From positions 7,482 through 71,481 of the forward strand of contig CALWPL010000005.1 of NCBI GenBank assembly GCA_944383405.1: a DNA stretch of 64,000 nucleotides. Direction: 5' to 3'. Positions 1-8,800 of this stretch are shown in pieces. The DNA is from an uncultured Clostridia bacterium. Lineage in GTDB: Bacteria; Bacillota; Clostridia; Christensenellales; UBA1242. The position numbers were made by a program, and so were the translations under genes. How positions within the stretch are numbered: position 1 is the first letter of the stretch; each line of letters opens with the position of its first letter. The notes below the pieces were generated by a model that was not told the DNA's origin, ran no database searches, and saw only the letters and a program-made list of their open reading frames with translations.

Positions 1-477
1 GTGGACATCGCCAAGAGTTTCATTTCCGACATACTGGCAAATTCTCTTTATGCTCTCGCCAATGTTTGCACTTCTAAGGTGTCCGACATGAAGTGGTTTT
101 GCGACATTTGCACCGCCATAGTCGACAATAATTTTTTGTTTTTGTATGCGAGACTTTGCGTGGTTATCAAGGTTATTTACATATTCTAGTAGATAGTTTG
201 ATAAAAAGTCATTATTCACAACAATATTTATGTATCCTGGTTTTGCAACAGAGATATTGGAAAGCATATTATTAGTATCGTCTACATTTTTGACGATTTC
301 TTCTGCAATGGCAAATGGGGATGTGTGGTAGGTTTTAGCAAGTCCAAGTGCAGCAGAGCATTGGTAGTCGACATTTTCTATTTTTGACAAGGTAACAGGA
401 AGAGAGACTTCCTTAAAGCCTGCTTTTTTACTTGCGTTTTCTAACAACTCTGATAAGATTTCTGTAATAAATTTCAT
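1..477 (-). CDS. argS: Arginyl-tRNA synthetase, N-terminal part (runs off window edge; not in supplied ORF track)
   Basis: Manual minus-strand translation from ATG at 477 (AGGAG SD upstream): MKFITEILSELL...DYQCSAALGLAK...KPGYINI...IIVDYGGANVAKPLHVGHLRSANIGESIKRI, the ArgRS HIGH-motif region. Confidence 0.95.
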   Translation of the reverse strand, partial: MKFITEILSELLENASKKAGFKEVSLPVTLSKIENVDYQCSAALGLAKTYHTSPFAIAEEIVKNVDDTNNMLSNISVAKPGYINIVVNNDFLSNYLLEYVNNLDNHAKSRIQKQKIIVDYGGANVAKPLHVGHLRSANIGESIKRICQYVGNETLGDVH

Positions 478-486
478 ATTTGTCTC

Positions 487-2043
487 CTATAATTTCCTAA
501 ATAATTTTACGCCTTTTGTGAATAAAAGCAAGGAAAAGATTACAAAAAGTACAAGATATAAGGAAAGAGATATAAAACAAATAGTTAAAATAGACAAATT
601 AGTGAGTATAAACAATAGGAGTGGAAGAAGGGACAAAACTAAGCCTAGTAACATTGTTAAGGTTACGGACAAACTTTGTTTAACTACTTTTGCTTCGTCG
701 GTATAGCTAAGTACTGGGAATTTTAGGTTAATGAAAAGCCCAATAATTGAAATATTTAGTGTCATTATAAATGGGATAAGTATAAGGAATATTGCTTGCA
801 AGAAGGGGATATGATTAAAAATTGAAAGAAAGATTGAAGACAAAATTACAACAGGCTGTACTACTATATTGTGCATAAAAAGTTTTGATAAAAGAATAGT
901 GCTTTCGTTTACAGGAGAAGACTTAATTAGCCATAAGTTTTTACCTTCAAGTGAAATGGAAGATGCTGTTATTGTTGAAGTGCAAGTCAAAAATGATAAT
1001 ACAAGAGCAGATAGCCCAAGGATGAGTTCGCTAGCCGAATTTTTTGTTGAGAGTTCACTTAAAGCAGGTCCTAGATTAAGACTAGCGATTAATATAGAAA
1101 ACACTATCATCATTACAGGCCCAATGGCAGTATTAATCATATAGGTAGGGGATGAGAAATAGTTAGTTAATTCTTTTTTCAAAAACAAGTTAAATGCGGG
1201 TTTAGGCTTTGAAAATTTAAGAGTTGTTTTATTTGACTTGTATCCTGCAAATGTTTTGCCGTAATTTAGAGTAAATAAAAGTGTGCCTAAAATAAATGGC
1301 AAAATTGTTATGAGAAGAGTTAAGAATATATTTAATAGATTTGGAGAAAAAAGGAAATTGAGAAGAGTATTTGTTATTAATTTTGAACTAAAATAGGAGT
1401 CAAGAGATGATGCGCCTAGGAAAGAGTAGTTCATAGAAGTAACCATTATAAAAACAAACACTATTCCAAATAGAAAGATAGAAAAAAGAGATTTTAATAT
1501 GCCAGCAAATTTTGTTTTATTAAACAGTCTAGTTACAATAAAGTCGACAATATAAGTAAGTCCTACGCTTAGTAATGGGAGTAAAAATATAAGTAATATG
1601 CTTAGTAAGATAAATAACAAATCTACACCATAAAAAATGGAGTACATTACTACATAAGGAAGGAAGATAACAAGAGTAAAGAACAAGTCATAAATATATT
1701 TATTAAGTGTTTTTGAAAGTATTATTGTATATTTTTTAATAGGTAGAGAAAGCAAGAAGTCAGAGTCGTTGTTTTGGCTAGTTGAACTTGCTCTTAGACA
1801 TCCTAGAACTAAAAGCGTTACGAGAATTGTAAAAAGTCCGTTAAATACTGGAAATGTTCCGCCTAGTTCACGAAATCCATCAAAGGTGTTATATGCGTTA
1901 TATGAAAAAACAAAGGCAATTAAAATGAAACTAAGAAGAAATAAAATTATTGCACTTTTTGTAGAGCGTTTATTATCTTTTCCTTTAAAAGTTCCAATCA
2001 TCATATAGAAACTGTTTTTAAGAAGTATTCCTAAATTACGCAT
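487..2043 (-). CDS. ABC-2 type exporter permease (multi-pass membrane protein)
   Basis: About 12-14 hydrophobic segments, DFLLSLPIK and SISLEGKNLWLIKSSPV motifs; likely start MRNLG at 2043 overlapping the ATPase stop. Confidence 0.85.
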   Translation of the reverse strand: MRNLGILLKNSFYMMIGTFKGKDNKRSTKSAIILFLLSFILIAFVFSYNAYNTFDGFRELGGTFPVFNGLFTILVTLLVLGCLRASSTSQNNDSDFLLSLPIKKYTIILSKTLNKYIYDLFFTLVIFLPYVVMYSIFYGVDLLFILLSILLIFLLPLLSVGLTYIVDFIVTRLFNKTKFAGILKSLFSIFLFGIVFVFIMVTSMNYSFLGASSLDSYFSSKLITNTLLNFLFSPNLLNIFLTLLITILPFILGTLLFTLNYGKTFAGYKSNKTTLKFSKPKPAFNLFLKKELTNYFSSPTYMINTAIGPVMMIVFSILIASLNLGPALSELSTKNSASELILGLSALVLSFLTCTSTITASSISLEGKNLWLIKSSPVNESTILLSKLFMHNIVVQPVVILSSIFLSIFNHIPFLQAIFLILIPFIMTLNISIIGLFINLKFPVLSYTDEAKVVKQSLSVTLTMLLGLVLSLLPLLLFILTNLSILTICFISLSLYLVLFVIFSLLLFTKGVKLFRKL

Positions 2044-2746
2044 TTTCACTCTCCAAAAAGACATCTTCAAGAGTGCTATCTTTTTTAATTTCATCCATTG
2101 TGCCGCTACTTATGATTTTTCCGTTTTTGATTATGGCGACTTTATTGCAGAGTTTTTCAGCAACTTCTAGGACATGAGTAGAAAAGAAAATTGCTCCGCC
2201 ATTTTCAACAAAGTTTTTCATTGCTTCTTTGACTACAAAACTTGCTTTTGGGTCAAGTCCAACAAAAGGTTCGTCAAGTACAAGTAGTTTTGGGCTGTGC
2301 ACAAAAGCAGAAATTATTACAAGTTTTTGTCTCATTCCATGTGAATATGTAGAAATTGGATTGTTTAATTCTTTATCAAGTTCAAGTGCTATTGCGTATT
2401 TTTTAGTAATAGTTTCTCTTTCTTCTTTACCAACCTTAAAAATGTCTGCTACGAGATTTATATATTGCAATCCTGTAAGCGATGTATATATGTCTGGATT
2501 ATCAGGTACATAGGCAATAAGTTTTTTACATTCTATTGGGTTTTTCTTAATAGAAATCCCGTCAATTTCGATGTCTCCTTTTGTAATATCGTTTATACCT
2601 ACAATGCTTTTTATAGTCGTTGTTTTTCCCGCTCCATTATGCCCAATAAAAGCAAAAATATCCCCGCTTGTAATTTCTAGGTTAATATTATTTGCTCCGA
2701 CTTTTCCATTAGGATAAATTTTTGTGAAATTTTTTAACTTTAACAT
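2036..2746 (-). CDS. ABC transporter ATP-binding protein
   Basis: Walker A GHNGAGKTT, signature YSHGMRQK, Walker B LLVLDEP, H-loop STH. Confidence 0.95.
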   Translation of the reverse strand: MLKLKNFTKIYPNGKVGANNINLEITSGDIFAFIGHNGAGKTTTIKSIVGINDITKGDIEIDGISIKKNPIECKKLIAYVPDNPDIYTSLTGLQYINLVADIFKVGKEERETITKKYAIALELDKELNNPISTYSHGMRQKLVIISAFVHSPKLLVLDEPFVGLDPKASFVVKEAMKNFVENGGAIFFSTHVLEVAEKLCNKVAIIKNGKIISSGTMDEIKKDSTLEDVFLESENA

Positions 2747-2772
2747 TTAAAACTCCTTAATTTTACATGGAA

Positions 2773-2802
2773 AGTATACTTAAATTTTATGCATTATGTC
2801 AA
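2773..2802 (-). promoter_or_regulatory. sigmaA-type promoter for ABC-argS operon
   Basis: Minus strand TTGACA-18 bp-TATACT upstream of the AGGAG SD. Confidence 0.6.
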
Positions 2803-2947
2803 TAAAAGAAAGCGTGAATTATAGTTACTATGTATATTTAGAAAAGTTTAAAGTGCAGTTTTTATTATAAGGATATGGTTTTTGCAGGGTAGTTATATTT
2901 TTGTCAAATTTGTACAAAAAAAGTGAGTATAAATTTACTTTTACCCC

Positions 2948-2975
2948 TTGAAAAATTTACTAGTTGTGATACAAT
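2948..2975 (+). promoter_or_regulatory. sigmaA-type promoter (extended -10)
   Basis: TTGAAA-16 bp-TACAAT with TG at the extended -10 position. Confidence 0.55.
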
Positions 2976-3005
2976 ATTTACATATTAAAAAAGGGGAATA
3001 GAGAA

Positions 3006-3377
3006 ATGTCAAAAAATATTAAAAGAGAATTTAGTTTGCCTGAATTTTTGGATAGAAGTATTAAAGCAAAATATCCTGGGGACACTGTTTATAGATCAAT
3101 GTTTGTTGGGGATAGTATGAAGGATTCTATTGTTTATTATCCTAGGTATACAAAGGATTTGGAAGGAGAGTCTTATACAGGAGTTCAACTTTTCTTTGTT
3201 GATGACAAATTAAAATTCAATGAACTTCATTCAATTTGGGGGTTTAACAAAAATGGCGACATAATTTATTATGAAGAAATTTTTGGAAAGTGTAGTATTG
3301 ATGAATTAAAGAAAAAAGTTAACGCTGCTGCTGAGACTAATCACAATAAAGAAGAAGATAGAGAACAAGTAAGTTAA
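3006..3377 (+). CDS. Hypothetical protein (paralogue of 3398-3727)
   Basis: 123-aa ORF with AGGGG SD and upstream promoter; no family recognised. Confidence 0.75.
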   Translation: MSKNIKREFSLPEFLDRSIKAKYPGDTVYRSMFVGDSMKDSIVYYPRYTKDLEGESYTGVQLFFVDDKLKFNELHSIWGFNKNGDIIYYEEIFGKCSIDELKKKVNAAAETNHNKEEDREQVS

Positions 3378-3397
3378 CTTAAAAGAAGGGATTAAAA

Positions 3398-3727
3398 ATG
3401 ACTAAATTAGTTTTAAAAAAATTAGTTCGTGATACATTAAATCAAAGATATTCAGGACTTAGTAGTTCGTCTTATGTGGATAGAAGAACCATGGCTACTT
3501 TTAGCATTGTTTATGCAAAAGAAAATAAGGATGAAATTTTTGTTGCAGTGAGAGTAAAAGAACCAGAAGAAAAAAAGGTATATAGTTCAATTTTTGGGTA
3601 TTCAAACGAAGGCGAAAATATTTTTTCTCAAGATATTTATGAACCAGTTAGCGATGATAATTTAATTGATTTAACAGACAATTTAGCAAAAGGGTTTAAA
3701 AAAGAAAAAGATATGGAAGCAGTTTAA
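3398..3727 (+). CDS. Hypothetical protein (paralogue of 3006-3377)
   Basis: 109-aa ORF with AAGGGA SD, followed by a terminator. Confidence 0.75.
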   Translation: MTKLVLKKLVRDTLNQRYSGLSSSSYVDRRTMATFSIVYAKENKDEIFVAVRVKEPEEKKVYSSIFGYSNEGENIFSQDIYEPVSDDNLIDLTDNLAKGFKKEKDMEAV

Positions 3728-3728
3728 T

Positions 3729-3757
3729 AAAAACACCACACTTTTGTGGTGTTTTTT
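3729..3757. terminator. Intrinsic terminator, bidirectional
   Basis: AAAAACACCACA-CTTT-TGTGGTGTTTTTT between convergent genes. Confidence 0.85.
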
Positions 3758-3876
3758 AAAGTTTTAAAAGGGATAATAATTTTTAAGTTATTGTAAAGTA
3801 TTTTTAATGTGTTTTATAAAAATTAACTTATTTTATTGTTAGTTTTTTTGTAACGATATTTTAACAAAGTGAAGCA

Positions 3877-4896
3877 TTATAATTGAGAAAATAGATAAAT
3901 TAGCCCACCTACAACAGCAAGTACTCCAAGGAAGGTAAAGAAGATTTTCCATTTTGATTTTGGGGTGCTTCCTGTTACTCGACCATTTTCTCCATTTACA
4001 TAGTATGTATAACTTTTTGAATTGTATTTATATGTCCCTTTATAAACAGGTAGATATACATAGGCGTATTTTATATCAGAAAAATTTGTGTTACAAGAGA
4101 AATTTTCAATTCTATCATAAGGAAGGGAATTTCTGATAGTTCTTGATAAATCATAGGAGACATCTCTTTGCATATTTTTTGAACTGTCATGCAAGTCAAC
4201 TTTTACGGCTTCTCCTATCCATCCATATAAGTATTCTGTTCTATAAACTAAAATGTCTGATGTAGTAAAATGCCCAAGTGCTCGCAATTTGTTTGATGAA
4301 ATTGATGGGCTGGCACTTTCTAGATAATCCACAAATTTATCAATTCTATTTTTTCTAAAAGGATGTCTTGAATATGAGACATGTCCGTTTCTTGTTCTAT
4401 GTGCTTTAAGTCCTATTCCTGAAAAGTTTGAATTTGTTGTAAAATCATAAATATATGCCGGGATATAAACTCCTGTTAAACTTTCATTTTTTGCTAATTT
4501 TTTTAAGTTATTTGGAGTAAATCTTTGACGCCCAAGCCAAGAAACAAGTTTATTTACTGCTGTTTGTTTGTTAATTTTGAAGGTTTCAATTCCATCAGGT
4601 ATAAAATCAACCTTTAAAGTTTTTACTAAATTTGCATCCCCGCATGATGGGCATCTTGTAAGGGGAGTATCTGTTGATGAAACATGTTGTCTGCCACAAG
4701 TATTGCAAGTATACTCTGTGTATTCTGTTTCACTTTCTTTTATTGAACTTTGACTTGTGAGTAATTCTTTTTCAAGTTTTTTTGTGCTTTCTTCAATTTG
4801 AAAAAGGGAAGAACAATGCGTGCATTGTAATTTTTGGCTATCTACATCAAATACAAGTTGACCACCGCAATTTTTACATTTTGTTGAAGTAATCAT
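3877..4896 (-). CDS. YdjG-like zinc-ribbon protein with C-terminal TM helix
   Basis: Four CxxC pairs, YYVNGENGRVTG motif before the C-terminal TM, next to a YdjI-like gene as in B. subtilis pspA-ydjGHI. Confidence 0.75.
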   Translation of the reverse strand: MITSTKCKNCGGQLVFDVDSQKLQCTHCSSLFQIEESTKKLEKELLTSQSSIKESETEYTEYTCNTCGRQHVSSTDTPLTRCPSCGDANLVKTLKVDFIPDGIETFKINKQTAVNKLVSWLGRQRFTPNNLKKLAKNESLTGVYIPAYIYDFTTNSNFSGIGLKAHRTRNGHVSYSRHPFRKNRIDKFVDYLESASPSISSNKLRALGHFTTSDILVYRTEYLYGWIGEAVKVDLHDSSKNMQRDVSYDLSRTIRNSLPYDRIENFSCNTNFSDIKYAYVYLPVYKGTYKYNSKSYTYYVNGENGRVTGSTPKSKWKIFFTFLGVLAVVGGLIYLFSQL

Positions 4897-4948
4897 ATTA
4901 TCTCCTTGCTATAAAGTTGTAAAAAATGATAGCAATTTGCTATCACAT

Positions 4949-6022
4949 TTATTTTATTTTTGTACCACATTCTGGGCAAAATTTGGCACGAGCATTTAAT
5001 TCTGCTCCACATTTAGGACAAGTTGGTTTGACATCTGAACCAAGTTTTGAACCACATTCTACGCAAAATTTAGCACTTTTGGTATTTTTTGCTCCACAAT
5101 TTGGGCAAAATTTTACTGCTTTTTGTGGAGATGAGTCGTTTTGTTTATTTGAATTTGTTGAATTAGTACTTGATAAGGTATTTCTTATCATGTCTCCTAT
5201 TGCCATGCCTGTACCTAGTTGTGCACCAAGTCCACCTATACCTTGATTTTTGGCAAAATCTCCAATGGCTTCTGCTGACTTATATTTTACATAGGTATCC
5301 ATATTATTTCTTAAAACACCCATTGAAGTTTGAGTGTCAATCGCTTTTTCAACTTGTTCAGGGAAGGATATGTTTTCTATAACAAGGTTTGTTAAGTCAA
5401 GTCCCATTGCATTAAATTGATTATTAATTTGTTCTTTTGCAAGTTTATTAAATTCCATTAAGTTGCAAGCAAGGTCTAGGGCACTAATTTTACTTTCTGC
5501 TATCGTGTCTGAAATACCAGAAACAAGAATACTTTTTAAGTAAGAAACAATACTTTCTGTTGTAAATAGTGAATTTGTACCAAATACTTCTTGCAAGAAT
5601 AATTTTGCGTCTTTTACTTTAAAGGCAAAACTACCATAGCCTTTAATTCTAATAGAGCCAAAATCTTTATCTCTCATAACAATTGGGTTTGTAGTACCCC
5701 ATTTTTGATTAGTAAATTGTTTTGTGTTTACAAAAAAGACATCTGCTGTGAAAGGAGATTTAAATCCCCTTGGCCAAGCAAGTAAAGAAGATAATATTGG
5801 CAAGTTATTTACAATAAGTGTATGTATGCCAGGCATGAAAACATCTGCAATTTTACCTTTTACCATAAAAATAGCAACTTGAGATTCTCTTACAGTAAGT
5901 TTTGACCCTATCATAATTTCCCGACCTTCCATAGGGAATTTATATACCATTGTGTTTTGACTTGGGTCAGTCCAGTCAATATTTTTTAAAAGTTGTGATT
6001 TAAACCAACTAAATAATCCCAT
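4949..6022 (-). CDS. YdjI-like SPFH (Band 7) protein with C-terminal double zinc ribbon
   Basis: GSKLTVRESQVAIF, KWGTTNPIVMRDKDFG, FCPNCG/FCVECG/CPKCG/FCPECG; start MGLF at 6022 after AAGGAG. Confidence 0.88.
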   Translation of the reverse strand: MGLFSWFKSQLLKNIDWTDPSQNTMVYKFPMEGREIMIGSKLTVRESQVAIFMVKGKIADVFMPGIHTLIVNNLPILSSLLAWPRGFKSPFTADVFFVNTKQFTNQKWGTTNPIVMRDKDFGSIRIKGYGSFAFKVKDAKLFLQEVFGTNSLFTTESIVSYLKSILVSGISDTIAESKISALDLACNLMEFNKLAKEQINNQFNAMGLDLTNLVIENISFPEQVEKAIDTQTSMGVLRNNMDTYVKYKSAEAIGDFAKNQGIGGLGAQLGTGMAIGDMIRNTLSSTNSTNSNKQNDSSPQKAVKFCPNCGAKNTKSAKFCVECGSKLGSDVKPTCPKCGAELNARAKFCPECGTKIK

Positions 6023-6044
6023 TTTATTTTTCTCCTTCAAAAAA

Positions 6045-6473
6045 TTATCTTAAAATTACACTGCAATTTATAGCAGTTATTTCTTGACTTTCTCCAAGAA
6101 CAATACTTTGGTTGTGAGAGTATTCTTTAACATAAGAGCCGATTCTTATGTTAAAACTTTCTTCATTTGGATTGGTGGCAAGTAGCGTGTATTTTCCTGG
6201 CTTTACTTTGTTTTTTATGCCAACAATTTGGGTGTCATTTGGAATTAATACGACATCTTTTTGAGATAAAGAAATATTTGTGTTTCCGTCCTCATCAACT
6301 ACTGTTTGGTCAATGGTATATCTGACACCATGCTTTGTTGAGACATCATCTACTTCTCTTTCTTTCATTCCACGAATAGTTTTTGAGTACTTATGATTGA
6401 TAAAAATTAAAACTAAGATTAGTAGCACACATACTATTCCAAGAATTATACAAACAATTTTAAAAATATCCAT
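6045..6473 (-). CDS. Hypothetical single-pass membrane protein
   Basis: 142 aa, N-terminal TM, AGGAG SD, first gene of the ydjI-like operon. Confidence 0.7.
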   Translation of the reverse strand: MDIFKIVCIILGIVCVLLILVLIFINHKYSKTIRGMKEREVDDVSTKHGVRYTIDQTVVDEDGNTNISLSQKDVVLIPNDTQIVGIKNKVKPGKYTLLATNPNEESFNIRIGSYVKEYSHNQSIVLGESQEITAINCSVILR

Positions 6474-6632
6474 CTTTTTACTCCTAAAATTCTGACTATT
6501 ATTTTATAGAAAAATTTATAAAAGTGCAAGTGAATTTTATTATATATATTTAGTTAAGTAAAAACATTTTGAAAATAGAACTAATAAAAGTATAATATGG
6601 TAAAATGGAACAAAAGGAGACTTACGCAGAAT

Positions 6633-8021
6633 ATGATGAAAATAGGAACTTCTGGGTTTAGGGGAATAATTGCTGATGAGTTCACTAAGGACAATGTCTG
6701 TAAAATAATTGAGTGTACTTGTAAAATTATAGAAAAGCAAAAATTTAAGCGAGAAGTTGTCATTGGATATGATAACAGGTTTATGTCTGAAATTTTTGCA
6801 AAGTGGGCAAGCCAAGTTTTTGCATGGCATAATATAAAAGTTAAGATTACAAAAACAAGCGTTTCATCTCCACTTATGAGTTTTGTTGGGAAATACACTG
6901 GAAACGATATTACTATTATGATTACAGCAAGCCACAATCCGTATATGTATAATGGGGTTAAGATTTTTTCAAAAAATGGTCAAGATTTAGAGTTGTATAT
7001 AGAAAATTTATATACAAAATACCTTCCAAAAATTAAAAAATATAATTTAATTGATTTTGACGAAGGGGTAAAAAATAATCTTATAGAATTTGTCGATTAC
7101 TCAAAAGAATATGTAGCAAATATTGTTTCCTTAATGAAATATAAAAAAGATATAAAACTTAAAACTTTATTTAATGTAATGAATGGTTCTAGTCTTTGTA
7201 GTATTGAAGAATTAAAAAGAAAGTTAAAGTTAGATGTTGAAATAGTTAATTCCAAGCGAGATGCATTATTTAACTTAACAGGACCAATTCCAAATGAAGA
7301 TAATTTAGAAGAATATAAAAAATATGCTTTAAAAAATAAAGTTGATTTTGCTTTTGCAACTGATGGAGATGGAGATAGGGTAGCGGTTTTTGATGAAAAA
7401 GGAAATTATTATGCAGGAAATGAACTTGCGTGTTTACTATATTATTTTGCAATAAAGGAAAAGGGGTTAAAAGGTGGCTTTGTTAAAAATTATTCTTTTT
7501 CTTTGCTCGCAGATAAAATATGTGAAAAGTTTAATGTTCAGTTATACGAGACTGAAATAGGGTTTAAATATATAAGTCAAAAAATGATTGATACAAACGC
7601 TTTAATAGGAGCGGAAAATAGTGGAGTTGAAATTCGTGGAGATGTTTATACAAAAGATGGTCTTGTCGTATATGCACTACTTCTTGAAATTGTAAATTAT
7701 TATAAAAAACCACTTTCAGAAATAATTAAGGACATGAAAAAAGAAGTTTCTTATAATATGTACTATAAAGAAGTGTCATTTAAAGTAAAAGATAAGAAAA
7801 AAATCATAAATGTGCTTCAAAAAATGACGCCTAATTTTAACAAGGAGATTGTAAAAACGGGAACACTTGACGGATTTAAATATTATTTTAAAGACGGGTC
7901 ATGGCTTCTCATTAGATTTAGTGGAACTGAAAATCTTTTAAGGCTTGTATGTGAACAATTTAGCACTTTAGAAGTTGATAAAATGATAGAATTGTCAAAG
8001 AGATTTGTAGATAGTTTATAA
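6633..8021 (+). CDS. Phosphoglucomutase/phosphomannomutase (alpha-D-phosphohexomutase family)
   Basis: GTSGFRG, catalytic TASHNP, metal-binding DGDGDR, IRFSGTE; start probably ATG 6633/6636 after AGGAG. Confidence 0.92.
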   Translation: MMKIGTSGFRGIIADEFTKDNVCKIIECTCKIIEKQKFKREVVIGYDNRFMSEIFAKWASQVFAWHNIKVKITKTSVSSPLMSFVGKYTGNDITIMITASHNPYMYNGVKIFSKNGQDLELYIENLYTKYLPKIKKYNLIDFDEGVKNNLIEFVDYSKEYVANIVSLMKYKKDIKLKTLFNVMNGSSLCSIEELKRKLKLDVEIVNSKRDALFNLTGPIPNEDNLEEYKKYALKNKVDFAFATDGDGDRVAVFDEKGNYYAGNELACLLYYFAIKEKGLKGGFVKNYSFSLLADKICEKFNVQLYETEIGFKYISQKMIDTNALIGAENSGVEIRGDVYTKDGLVVYALLLEIVNYYKKPLSEIIKDMKKEVSYNMYYKEVSFKVKDKKKIINVLQKMTPNFNKEIVKTGTLDGFKYYFKDGSWLLIRFSGTENLLRLVCEQFSTLEVDKMIELSKRFVDSL

Positions 8022-8048
8022 ATTTTGTATTACAATGGGAGAAGAAAT

Positions 8049-8495
8049 ATGCAAAATATAATAAAATTTAAGTTTGAAGATAATGATGCAATTATTCCAA
8101 ACTATGCTCATAAAGAAGATGCTGGGATGGATATATATAGTAACGAAGAAAAATTAATTCCAGCAAATAGTTGGGCACTTGTAAAAACAGGATTTAGTAT
8201 GGAACTTCCAAAGGGATATGAAGCCCAAATTAGAAGTAAAAGTGGACTTGCGTTAAACAAAGGAATTTTTTGTCTAAATAGTCCTGGTACAATAGACGAG
8301 AATTATAGGGGAGAAATTGGGGTTATATTAATGAATGTTGGGAAGCAGGATTATAAGGTTGAAAAACACCAAAAGATTGCTCAAATGGTTATAAATAAAG
8401 TAGAACATTTAAACTATGAAATTACAGATAGTTTAAGTCAAACTTTGCGTGGTGGCGGTGGATTTGGCTCGACAGGACTTGATGTAAATAAGTGA
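8049..8495 (+). CDS. dut: dUTP diphosphatase (trimeric)
   Basis: DAGMD, RSKSGLA, GTIDENYRGEI, KIAQMV, RGGGGFGSTG motifs. Confidence 0.96.
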   Translation: MQNIIKFKFEDNDAIIPNYAHKEDAGMDIYSNEEKLIPANSWALVKTGFSMELPKGYEAQIRSKSGLALNKGIFCLNSPGTIDENYRGEIGVILMNVGKQDYKVEKHQKIAQMVINKVEHLNYEITDSLSQTLRGGGGFGSTGLDVNK

Positions 8496-8598
8496 GATAT
8501 TTGGTGCTTAAAATTAATTGCTATAAAATTTAAAAATTTTGTTAAATCGTTTTAATAATTAAGTTTTTTGTGATATAATGCTAGCATTGGAGTGCTAA

Positions 8599-8724
8599 AT
8601 GAATTCCTTTGATACAACGATTTTTATGATAGAGAACAACAAAAATTTAATATTAACAAATGTTTTTGCTCATAGCAAAATTAGTTTTTTGTCGTTTGTA
8701 TTAAGGAAGATTTTAAGAAATTAA
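8599..8724 (+). CDS. Putative 41-aa leader peptide
   Basis: GGAG SD, ATG, MNSFDTTIFMIENNKNLILTNVFAHSKISFLSFVLRKILRN*, between TGnTATAAT (8571-8579) and a terminator. Confidence 0.3.
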   Translation: MNSFDTTIFMIENNKNLILTNVFAHSKISFLSFVLRKILRN

Positions 8725-8726
8725 CT

Positions 8727-8765
8727 AACGACTTATTGATAGATAATTATCAATAAGTTATTTTT
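8727..8765 (+). terminator. Intrinsic terminator / attenuator upstream of DUF1015 gene
   Basis: ACTTATTGATA-GATAAT-TATCAATAAGT followed by TATTTTT. Confidence 0.65.
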
Positions 8766-8800
8766 ATTTTAAAATTTTTTGCAGAATAAGGAGAAAGTAG

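Noticed and set aside
1-189. Plus-strand 62-aa ORF in the supplied track
   Set aside because: Antisense shadow of argS, which is clearly recognisable on the minus strand
8581-8598. CIRCE right half GAGTGCTAA
   Set aside because: No left half at the 9-bp spacing and no chaperone gene downstream
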